DNA of 63,943 nucleotides, the filler included, from Reticulomyxa filosa (taxonomy: Eukaryota > Protista > Foraminifera): assembly GCA_000512085.1 (NCBI GenBank). It is 18 parts of 18 records of this genome, joined end to end, with 100 filler letters (N's around TTAATTAATTAA, not from the genome) between each part and the next. Parts side by side here need not be neighbours in the genome. Positions count along the whole stretch, not along the records: positions 1 to 7,636 come from ASPP01011190.1; positions 7,737 to 16,903 come from ASPP01006854.1; 16 more parts are not named here. One strand, given 5' to 3'. The position numbers were made by a program, and so were the translations under genes. Below, in pieces: positions 1 through 11,400 of the stretch. The notes beneath the pieces were generated by a model. That model was not told the origin of the DNA, did not search any database, and was given only the letters and a program-made list of their open reading frames with translations. Numbering within the stretch: the first letter of the stretch is position 1; each line of letters opens with the position of its first letter.

Positions 1-1171
1 AATCGTCTATTCCGCCCCCCCCACCAAATAAACACCCTTTGCACTTGATATTCTGTTCTCCCTTCCTTTCCTTTTTCTTTTTTCTTTTTGTTCCTCAACA
101 CAACACTTCACTAACAAAGAGATATACATACACATATATACCAGTGTACAGAGCAACAGCATGTCCAGTGAACGCCTGAGTATCCTCATCACAGCCAAAA
201 TAGGCATACACATCCTTCATTGTTGTCTTGTTTATATCCAATTCTATACGAGGGTTGTTCAAAAAAAAAAAAGGGATGGAGAAAACCTAATTTAAAAAAA
301 AAACAAAAAATTTTTTTACATTCCCCCCCCCCCTTCTTCTTGTCCTCAAAATCAAGTTTTTTTTTTAACAAATACTAACTTCCCCCATGTTTTTGGATCG
401 TTGATTTCAACATCCAAAACCCATTGCAAAAAGGATTTGTATTTTCGTTTTTGCAAAAATCCCATCAAAGAAGAGCTCAAGGCGGCTGTTGGAGTCATTG
501 GCACCTGATGATGTGATTGAGGCCAGAAAACATAACAAATGAACAAACAATTTATTTATTTATTTGAGGGGCTGTGTTTTTGACTGCATTTCTTTTATGT
601 AAAAATATATCAAAACTTCATATAATTTGCCTTTATTGTAGACAAAGGATCCGTCCACGTGTCGGAATTCCAGATAACGTGTCACTTTGGTATGCAACAA
701 CATTTTCACCAAGTTTTCACAACCCATGATAAATTTTGGACACAAATCAATGCTATAATTCTTGCCTTGTCCGAGTTCTTTCTCGTCTATTTTTTCGTCT
801 GATCCTTCACATTTCTTGAATAGTTGCTTCAGATTTAAGGATGCACTTTCTGCTCCATAGTAACTGTTTTCTCACAACAAGTACAGGTCACAATCGTTTT
901 TTTTTTTTTTTGATATTTTGTTTTTTTTGTTATGTGTGGTGTTCATGCACGTATGTTATCACAACCATAGAGACGCAGAAAATGGTTGTGAATTCTTACT
1001 CATTTCGGTCCAAGTGAAGCACTTTTTTGCCAGAGACTGATAACAGTCCACTCAAAATGCATTCTTTTAGGCCTGTGCCTAATACAATTACGTCTGTACA
1101 AAAAAAAAAAATGTACGGCAGACAGTTAAGCCAAAAATAAAAAATCACAAAATACCATATGAATCGTCCAT
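1..1171 (-). CDS. GDI: Rab GDP-dissociation inhibitor, 5' part, multi-exon, runs off the window start
   Basis: Spliced translation: MDDSY|[31 protein letters not shown]|[12 protein letters not shown]...DLCPKFIMG...TKVTRYLEF...[20 protein letters not shown]...[10 protein letters not shown]|DD. The GT-AG junctions I checked keep phase (exon 1 1171-1156, exon 2 from 1093). Confidence 0.95.
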
Positions 1172-2161
1172 GAGATTTCACAATTGGAAAATAAATAAAA
1201 TACGGTTTTTTGCTTGAAAAGTATGATCCCTCAAAAATTAACCAAAATTCCTTCAACAAGTTTTCCCTTTCAAATATACTCTCTTTTCCAGAATAATTAT
1301 AGACCACGAACCGTAATAAAGAGATAATAGGAAAATTTAATTTTTAAACAAAGAGACATAAAACGTAAGAATAATGACTACAATATTTTTAAAAATTTAA
1401 CTTAAAAACTCAATTTTCTTTTTAATAATACTTTTCAGCTCCAGACTAAATACATTGTCAACTTTCATTTGCATTACACTGTAACAAAAGATTAAATCAA
1501 ATAAAAGAAAAAAAGTAAATATAATCAATTTAACAATAATTTTTTCAATATTGTTAAAGTAATTTTATGTATTGTAATTCTTTTGCAAACTTTGAATTTT
1601 TGACTGAGCTTTTCCTAAATAGTTACAATATGTAATGTTATTTTCTTTGGTGAAAACGCTTTAACTGTTGTTTCATTTATATTCATCTTCTGGTGTCCTT
1701 TGTACTCGAAGAGCGAAAATTTCCAAACGATGAATTCACTAACGTGAAAAGTTTTAGTTTAATATAGTCCCCTATGGTAGAGTACCTTACTTTGTGTATC
1801 TTTCTCAATCTTGTTGACAAGTGAAGCAACATCTACTGTCACTTTCAAAAAATGAGGGTTTTAATTATATTTCAAATGCAAATATATTCAATATACATCA
1901 CTGGATGGATTATTGTGCATATTTCAGGTCAACATATATGTTAAGAAAAATTTTTTTTGTCATGATCATGTCTCTTTTCGTACATATGTACGAAAAACAA
2001 TAACTATTTGTAAAAGAAATTTTGCATTCACTTGAAGCTTTAGAAACACTTTGACAAAGAAAAAATGATCCATGGATCAAAATTTTGCAAAGAATCAGCG
2101 ATATTCATAAACTTGCAACTTAGATTGTTAGTTTGAACTTTTTTGTTTATCTTATTTCATT

Positions 2162-3671
2162 TTATGATTGTTGCTCTGTTTGTCCAATTTGCGCTTCATT
2201 ATCACCATCCACTTTTTTTATGTTTACGATAGTATCATTTTGTAAAACCTCATTCACTTTGTCTGGCTCCTTTTTCGTGTTGCCATTTGAAATTGTGACT
2301 GGGCTATCTTTTCGTTTTTTATTACCAGAAAAAGATCGTTGACGAGAGCGAGAGCGGCTACGCGAATCATAGTCATAACGACTCTTATGATTTTTATTGT
2401 GCCTATAATTGAAAGAATGAGTTACTTGTTTTTTTTTTATCCAAGCAGCGTAATTGATCCAAGAGACAATTTATAAAGTGTACCTGCTTCGTGATCGAGA
2501 GCTATAGGATCTGGAAACAGATCGATATTTTCGGAGGCGTCTTCCACCCGAACGTGAACGGGATCGACTTCTGTGAAAAAGAGATCATTTATTTGTCCAA
2601 TGATGTCCATTGAGCACAAGAGAGTTCTAAGTTTATGGAAAGAGACTTATTCTAATAAATAGGACCCTTACCTCCTTGATCTGCTTCTTGATAAAGATTT
2701 CCTTCTATTCGAATGTCGAGGACTGCTGTGTGATCTACTTCGGCCCCTTCGTCTAAATAGAGTCAATGAGTGGATAAATAAATAAGTAATACAAATAGAT
2801 AAATAAAAGCGAGTACAAAACAAACATTGCACAAACTGTTTATACTCAGGCATGAGGGGAAAAAAAAAAAAAAAAAGCACAGCAAAATTCATTCAATAAT
2901 TCAATTGCATTAAAACAACAAACAAAACGCGCACAAAGGAATCATTGGTCGGCACTGCTCAATGGAGTGGCATTGGACACAGCACGTCGCGCGCGTCACA
3001 GTGTCTCAAAAATTGCAAGATTGATGTTGGTATGCGCAACAAACAACTAGCGGAAAAAAAACAAAAAACAAAAAAAGGGGGAGAGAAAAAAAAAAAATGC
3101 CACTGGAAATTCTTTCTTAGGGGGCCAAATGAATGGGGATTAGAAAAAGTTCTTCCAAAAAAAAAAACCAGCAACGCAATGGCGCAAAAAAACAGGTTTG
3201 AAAATACTAGCCCATTGCCAGGGGGAAAAAAATTCTTTGTATGGAGCTGTGTGAAATGTCACTGTGGAAAATGTACAAGGTTCATACATGGGACGAGGGG
3301 AACGTGATCTTCGGCGATTGTGGCGGGGCCCTTTTTTTAAAAAAAAGTGTTTACTTATCTTCACTGGCTCATAAAAAAAAAAAAAAAAATAGTTTCGTAT
3401 TACCGTATTTTGCCATTTGAACTCCTACTCTGCGTCCATCCAATAAAGTTCCATCCACGACAAGAGCGTCTTCTGCATCTCTACGGTCGTAATACCTCAC
3501 AAACCCGAATCCTCGGGATTCACCATGGGTATCTTTTGGAATGTAAATGTCAGCAACTTCCCCAAACTTATCAAATGCTTTATGTAGATCCTCTTTGCGT
3601 GTTTGGTAACTTATATTGAATACCATTACACTAAATAATTTGTCTAAATCAACTTCTTTGCGATGAGACAT
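2162..3671 (-). CDS. SRSF2: SR splicing factor, SRSF2/SC35-like (single RRM + RS domain), 5 exons
   Basis: RRM: VFNISYQT...FDKFGEVADIYIPKDTHGESRGFGFVRYYDRRDAEDAL...LDGRRVGVQMAKYG. RS-rich exons at ~3330-3288, 2752-2672, ~2570-2484 and ~2401-2162 splice in frame to TAA. Confidence 0.9.
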
Positions 3672-4282
3672 TGCTGCTGTTTCAAATTTATTGTTACTTT
3701 TTAAATACTTGTGTAAACCCTTAAGGGACATATCAGCGCTCAAAACTTGTAATTTTTGCTTTAGCAGATCAGTATAAACTGGTACTTTGAAAGAAATCGA
3801 TTTAAAGATGCAAAGAATCAAAAGTTCAATACTGAAAGACCGCAAAGTTAGTGGTTGAAGAAACAAAAAAGCATCAATTTGGCAAGAATAAAGATTTTTA
3901 CTTTGTTGGATATGATATCTAATATTTATTTGCAAGTTTTCGTCCCTGTACAACAAATACAATAACAAGATTTGTCATCAGCGCCACAAACTCAATCAGA
4001 AAAAAATCAATTTTCAAGCTGATCTCCTCAGCTCTTTTGTGCTTTCCTTTTCCTTTTCTAAAATTTGCACCAATATTGTTTGATTGTAGTTGGAGGGGTG
4101 CAATGACACCAGACATCGCTGCTACATTACTGTAAAGGGAGCCGAAAAGGAAGGAAGAAAAAAAAGGAGTGGAGGAGAAAAAAAAAGAGGAAAACAAGCA
4201 CTTCCCCTCCCTCTCAAATTATTACACGCTTCACACAACTAACCTCCCTTTATATAACAACTTGTGCAGAATTTCGTTCTTG

Positions 4283-7200
4283 TTATCTTATAACAAAGTC
4301 TCCAGACTGGACTTGGCGAACATAATTGAAACCTTGTAATATGACCTGTTGTTTGTGTTCGGGTTCAGCCAAAGAGATCTTTGACACACCAAAATCTTCA
4401 ATGCAAAATGTGCATCTCACATCAAAATCGGTCAAAGGTTTTGACGAATCAATATCAGCCTTTAATTCTAGTTCCTCTAATTTCTTTTCTTTTTCTTATT
4501 TCCATCACACATACACACACACACACACATACATACGTACAATGATAATAATAATAATAAAAAATAATAATAATTAGAAAACATGAATAAAAACGTTGTA
4601 AAAATGTTTAGAAAAAAAAAAGCGTTACGCAAACTTGTGCCAGCAAAGCCATCAATCTTCCACATCAAAGTGTTGGGGAACTCTTTCGACCAATGGAACT
4701 GGCATCGGGGGTCATTTTCGATGAACGGTTGTTCAGTGCATTTTTCGACGACGGATTGGTCCGGCTGGCATTTGATTTTGACGCAAAATTCGTTGAGATG
4801 AACTGCGCTGAATTTGGGATTTAATCGCAGCTTGCAATGGAGCAGCGCATGAGACCCTTCGATGCGTTTGCTTACTTTCATCATGACGGGACAAATGGAC
4901 AGAGGATTGTCTACATTCAACGAATAGTTCAGCAGGGTTACATCACGTTCATTGGCAGGGTACTTGACTCGAACATAATCCCCACTTTCACTTTTCGCAC
5001 ATGTTGGAGAAAACGTTTTCTATTATGGAATGTTAAAAAGGGGTTTGTACGAAACAAAAAAAAAGGAAATAAGAAAGAAAAAAACTTACTTACTTCCTTT
5101 ATTTTTATTTTTATTTTTTTATTTTTATTTTTTATTTTTTTTAAAGACAATACACAATCGCTCAAACAGTAGCAGCTTGTTCCAAATGGATAATTTTGAC
5201 ATCAAACACAGTCTCTTCTGTCGGAACAGGATCTGCAGTGACGACCAAAGCACCCGCACTGTGGAATTTGGTGAGCTTTCCGTTTTCAAGTGTGCAGTCA
5301 ATTCGATCCAATACTTTTGCGGTCATTGTGAACGCCACCGGCAGGTCTCGCGGCTTGCTTGCGGGTTTGACTATCTCTTGTGCGACTTTGCCAGGTTCAA
5401 GCGCCGCTATAGCATTCATCGACGACATTGACGCGCCATGCTCAGCCACGGCGGTGCTCGTGGAAAGAACATTAACAGTGGCCGATTTTTCCTCCAAAGG
5501 CACATTTGGACTTTCGTCCAAAGCCAGTTCACTCATCGCGCCACTTTCGTTGCCATTGGCTGCGTCCATTATCGGAGAAAGAGCTGGTGTGGTCCTCGCG
5601 TTTGCATTCGTTGTGATTTCCACGCCAGGTTTTTTTTGCACAGAAGGCTTCTTTCCTTTTTTTTTCTTTGACGCCACGCCAGGAGCAGGCGCCATGTCCA
5701 ATGACACTTTAGCTAAGTCCTCTTCTGTCGCAACTTTCGCTTGAGATGCATCAATGAACTCCATTCGTTTCCATGCTCCGCTTCTAACCGTAATTGTATG
5801 TTCACAACATATATGTATACATATATATATATATATATATACATATATATTGTATATGAATGTATATAAATTTTTAATGTAATCTTTTTGTTTTAATTTT
5901 AGATAATAGTTAATACTTGTTGGCCTCATCTTCTCCTTCTTGTAGCTCTCCTCCGCCTTCGCTTGCGGTATCTCCGCTGCTTGCCCCGCCAGTAACTTCC
6001 TCGATGATAGTGGGCTCTAAGGGCTTGCTCATCGAATGGGACGCGCCGTTCTGCCGCACAGGCTGGATCTTTGGTGTGCTGGCCGACGCAGCTGCGACAG
6101 GCGTGGTTGTGCCGGATGTGGCAGGTGTGGAGCGGGCATTGTTGTTATTGTTATTATTATTATTATTAACAATGTTACTGTTACTGTTGTTGTTGCTGTT
6201 TCCAGGCTTCTTTAAAGCCTGTTCTGCTTTTGTCTTGGACGAATTCGCGGCTGTCTCGTCCGACTCAAACGACGGAAACAGATCGTCCAGGGGCATTGCG
6301 TTCATCGACGAGGGGTCGTCTCCCCAGGACTTGTTGCTCACCGACGGCTCCGAGTCTCCGTGGGCGGGACGACTGTTGCTGGCCGACAGCGTGCCTTTGC
6401 GACTCATCGACACTTGGCTGAACCCAGGGCCTCGATTCTTCGAGTACGGCTCCAGCATTTTCGATATCAGCACTTCGTCGCTGCTCAGCGTTTTTTCGGC
6501 GCCCCCAACTCCGCCGGTTAGTTCCTTTACATTTTCAATTTCATTTGCGGAGCGAACGTGTTGGTATATTCCTACATCAGGATCTTGTGCACCCTGATTA
6601 AAAAAAAGGGGTTTTTTTTTTTTTTTTTTTTTGAAATAAAGATTCAATGAATTCATAACAATTGATAAAAACATTTAAAAAAAAAAAAAAAAATGATAAT
6701 TATTTATTATTTATTATTTATTAAATAAACATTAAGCAACTTGAAGTTGATGGCAGTACGTCCTCAATAGAATGGCTAGGATGTCCCTTTCGAATGTAGT
6801 TTTAGCCAAGAACTTGTAGGCCTGTGGGCCTTGCTTCAGCCAGATGGTGAACGGAGCGGGGATGGCCTCCAGAGAAGCCTTGCCATTGGTGGTGTCGTCT
6901 CCAGACGCATGTATCTTCAGTTTCATGCCGGTATTGTACGACTCTTTTTGAATGGTTGTGTTTTTGCTATTTCGGATCTTCACTTTTTGACGGTTCAAAT
7001 GCAAGACCACTGTTTTAGACTTTTGCAAGTGCGTGCTCAGCAAGGCCATGGTAGAGGGGTCCGGCGTCAATGTAAACTCAATGTCATGCTTGGCCATTCG
7101 CTCCAAGTGCTCGTGAATAGTCTTTGACGACTTCTTATTGATTTGGATCGGCCCGATCATCGTCGACCGTTCCGTCACGTCTTTGTTCGCTTTGCTGGTC

Positions 7201-7451
7201 ACGCTCACTTGGATCATCGATCCAATGTCGTCTGCGCACAGCAGGTAATTGACGCCGCACGCGTTTTCGATCGCCAGCATTTCCGTGTTGCAACTGCGGT
7301 ACCATTGGATGTCCACGTGTCCAGACAAGTCACCCTTGTTCTCGTAGTTGGGCATTTCCAACGTACACATCATCAAGTTCGTCACGTCCGTTTCATCCTT
7401 GCTTTCCTTCACGCAAATGTGGCATTGCATTGACTTTTTCAGTGCGGACAC
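4283..7451 (-). CDS. Multi-exon protein, 5'-truncated: SCAB1/AIR9-type Ig + PH-like domains, disordered linker, C-terminal mu-homology (muniscin/adaptin-mu-like) domain
   Basis: N-terminal DIQWYRS...NYLLCADDIGSMIQVSV and FLAKTTFERDILAILLR. C-terminal LPVAFTMTAKV...VTLLNYSL...LRLNPKF...LMWKI...VQSGDFVIR*. ORFs 6732-7451, 5910-6674, 5162-5929 and 4477-4920 can be joined by GT-AG introns. Confidence 0.7.
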
Positions 7452-7636
7452 CTTTGTGTATGTGTGTGTGTTTTTTTTTTTTTAGATTGCCCCCCTTTTT
7501 TTTTTCCTTTTCCCCCCCCCCCTTTTCAAAAAAAGGACCTCAAATTTATAACAAATTCGATCCCCTTTACATAATACATAGATGTATAAAGACAAAGTAA
7601 ATAAATAAATGAATATATACATATATATATATATAT

Positions 7637-7736
7637 NNNNNNNNNNNNNNNNNNNNNNNNNNNNNNNNNNNNNNNNNNNNTTAATTAATTAANNNNNNNN
7701 NNNNNNNNNNNNNNNNNNNNNNNNNNNNNNNNNNNN
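7637..7736. other. Artificial contig linker (Ns + TTAATTAATTAA + Ns); 17 copies in the window
   Basis: The identical 12-mer, with stops in all six frames, lies inside N-runs at 7681, 16948, 24840, 26094, 29147, 30382, 32320, 33490, 35356, 38207, 42127, 44056, 49481, 53012, 55382, 59300 and 62606. Confidence 0.98.
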
Positions 7737-8499
7737 TTTTCTAATCAATTGCAAGCAATTCAGTTGAAAGATTTGTTAAGGATTGTTATCTATTTTTCTG
7801 ACCAAAAACTACATATCTATACAGTAACATCATATTTTACGCTATTTAAATTAATGTTGTCGAACTGGATAATGTCAAAAAAAAACTGTCTTCACCACTA
7901 AGTTTACTTTTCTGGTACAGAACAGTTGAGAGAACGAGTCACTTGTGCGTTTTCATCTTCAAATAAATGAAAGGAGTACAACTTCCAAAAATAATCACAA
8001 CAAGTTTAAAATTATTACACAAATTGTACTAATTCCACCAAGAGTTTGTTTCAATACTTCAGAAAAGAATAGCATCCCAGTTTTGTTGGGACTCCATTTC
8101 TGTTTTGACCTTTTTACGGATTCTTCCAATATTCGAGACAACGTTTAATAACGTGTTTCAAATTCTTTGATTTCCAACGATTGACTTGTTTTCTTTTTTT
8201 TGTGCTAATGCACTCAGTGACTGAGGGTCTCTGTTTCTGCAGAAATAAGTTCCTCTCCATTTTGACTGGTCCATTTGGATTGGTTTTTGGCTCACCAGAC
8301 ATGCCTTCAATCATCTGGTTCACCATCGACTACTACTTGTGGCATTAGCATATTTATCTTGTTTCGAAGGCATTTGAATCAATGAAGTGTTGAACGAAAT
8401 AGCCAAATCATTTCTACCAATCTCGCTTGACGACGATAACCACAGTTCCATTGTATCAGAAAAATAATCAAATTGCAATATACCACAATTGTGATATTT

Positions 8500-11400
8500 T
8501 TCATCAATCAACACGGAGTCACACCATTTGCATCTCTAGTGCGCGTGTGACATTGGGAGCCACATACAACACAGTCCAGGTTCCACTGAAATAGACATTA
8601 TTTTGTTCTTCAAATAGTGTTTCTATTCTTCGCGATACCGGTATCACACATTTTTTAGTATTATTGATTTGTTTTTCTGTTGTTTGACTTTTTCTTATCA
8701 TATTGCATGCTCTTCTGAAGTTGTGTTGTAAAAAACACACAATGATAAGATATGCTTTATATTACCATAATCGGCTCCATTCTCTGTTTTAAATTTAAAT
8801 AATGGCAAGGATTGCATGCCACAAGGAACTTTTTCTATGGGATATGCAATCTACTTGAACATTTCCTCCATTCTCTGCAGCCATCGCCTCTGTTATCCTC
8901 AATGGTAACTTGTGACACTGTTATGTATTCGTCGCATGCAACGATTTATCATTGATCATGTGCAAGGCCTGGTATGTATTTTTTAAATTACTTTTAGTAT
9001 TAATAAAAATAAAAAAAAAAAAAAAAAAGAGTGCCTTGCACAACAAGAAACCTGACAATTGGCCAGAGCGATAAAATCATATGGGTCACTGACATCATTA
9101 ACATTGGAAGATCCACAACTGATTGTCTCTTTGATGTTATCACCGGGTATCTGCTATCATTGGAAGAGATTGTTTATCCCATTTGATCGCTTTCACTATT
9201 CATTCTACAAAAATAAAAGAGTTAGAGTAGAAACAATTGCAAAATTGGTGGTAACAGAATTTCAATCGTATATAGATGTACATGTTATATGTATATATAA
9301 TATATATTTATATATATTTATATATGTGTGATTAAATTACTGATGTTAATATTTGTCACAATTCACAAATGTGACCAACGACTGCACGTAGGCCAAGTGC
9401 TTGCGCGGATGAGATTACAATTGGATCCATTTTGTTGAGCAGCTCTCAAGATTGCTAAAACCAAATCCCAGTTCATTTTTTTTGCTGAACGTTATTACAT
9501 GCATTAGCCAATCGTTCCCACACCCATTTTCTGCAGTAACTTTACATAATGACACATTTATCCAGCGATGATATCAATATTGGATTATCCGTGTCAACAT
9601 GATTTGAAGAGAAGGCAATTCGAATAGTTCGAGCACATACAAATAATTCCAATGCCATTTGTTGCCGAGTATATAGACCATTCAATAGTCTGCAAATGGA
9701 ATATGTGTTACATTCTAACATCACCTTGAACAAAATTGTTAATAGCTTTCACTTAATATAATATTCCAATTGAATAAAATCTTTTGGATTGTTGTTTGAA
9801 GTCCACAGCCAACAGGAGAAACAGCCAAACAATAAATGAGATGATTGTGCGGGAGGTCGATGATGCTGAAAAATAAAAAAGATGTTTCAACTTGGGCTTT
9901 TTATACGTGTTACGATCACTTTTTGTTATGTTTCAAGACGTATAAGTCATGTGGAGTGTATTGCAATAGCATACCACCCGCCCATTGGTTTAAATGAAAA
10001 ACATAGAGCCACAAAAATACCATTGACTTCAAAGTCGAATTTCGAAATATTACCACTGTCGTTGTTCCAGTTATTGTTGCAATGCATGATAAAGATTGTG
10101 TTCAGCAGGATATCTTCTTTTTGATTGCGAGATTGAATGATATGACAGTCTTGTATTATTACCCAAAGTATTGTTCGTTTGAAATCAAACCGGTTTGCTT
10201 CCCAACAATGACAAAGATTGTCCACTCGAATTTCCATATGACATCTTGGAGGTAATGTTCAATCAATAGACATGTTCAGAGGTTCCAAATGTTGATGGTG
10301 TGTTTGTTCTTTGATAGAGCTTGCTAAGTGAATTTCGACGTCGTTTGCTTGCGATTGCACAATTCAGATTGATATTCGAAAATAGACAAAGTCAAAAGGT
10401 TTAAACAATGTGATACAATTGGTAGTGAAGTTAAAGAGTATACCAGAAGTATAATCGGTCAGTCTCAACAGGTTGTGCACCTAATAGAATTGCAGATTTC
10501 ATCACGAAATGTTACTGCTTGTAATACATCCAATCATGTCATCATTGGCTATTTGCTTTCCGACTACTGTTCTATTGTTTCTTATCTGAGAATATACTTG
10601 TGCGGGATTCATTTTGCATAGCTTGTTGTTTGTTAGAAGCACAACCACCACTCACGTTATCATAGACGTCCGCGTTGTCACCAAGTTCTTTGATCGTTCT
10701 GCACTTGGCCAAAGGATTACAGTTTGAAAGTATTCTTCTGGATCTATAAACCTTGGCATTTGGGATAATATCCTCCGCATTCTTTTCTATTTGTTCCGAT
10801 ATAATGCATTATTCGATTCAGCTGTCGGTTGAATGGTGTTTGTGTGGTGTATATGACATTGGAAGTCACATACAACATACTCGATATCAATATCCAACCA
10901 ACTGAATATTTGGCCAAATGATATATATTGATGACTGGAATGAATTGAATTTCATCGAATTAACTTTGGGATTGAAAGTAATGTGTTCAAGCTTGAGCGT
11001 ATTACACTCCATTATCACTTGCGTTTCGTTTCCATACATCGCCTTGGTGAAACGTATACCAACAATTCCAAAGAGATTTATTTGTGTCAATTCTCTTCAT
11101 CCAATTTTGTTTATGTGAATTTGGGCGTGTCTTTCTTTTCATGATGTGTTCATATTCCTTGTACGAATATTTGTCCTTTCATATGATTTATTCATATTGT
11201 TTAAAATGATATATTTTTGCATCAACTCTTTTTTTTTTTTATTCTTCCTCCAAACCTAAAAGTAAAATACTCCACAATAGATCCAATCCAGGACTCATTG
11301 CTTTAATTGATACATGTTACAACCACAGAAATAGGCTTTCATTTTAATTGATTTTTGCTATTCTGTTCATTGTCTTTTTTCTTGTGAAATTGCATGTCTT

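Noticed and set aside
1680-1930. Possible 3'-UTR exon of the SR gene or a small gene
   Set aside because: Only weak splice-like signals, no recognisable product and no second line of support.
3672-3968. N-terminal extension of the SR protein in ORF 3369-3968
   Set aside because: Non-coding-like composition. ATG 3671 sits just before the RRM, as in SC35-type proteins.
7681-7692. Recurring TTAATTAATTAA as a biological repeat or CRISPR-like array
   Set aside because: Always embedded in N-runs of near-constant length; it is a six-frame-stop concatenation linker.
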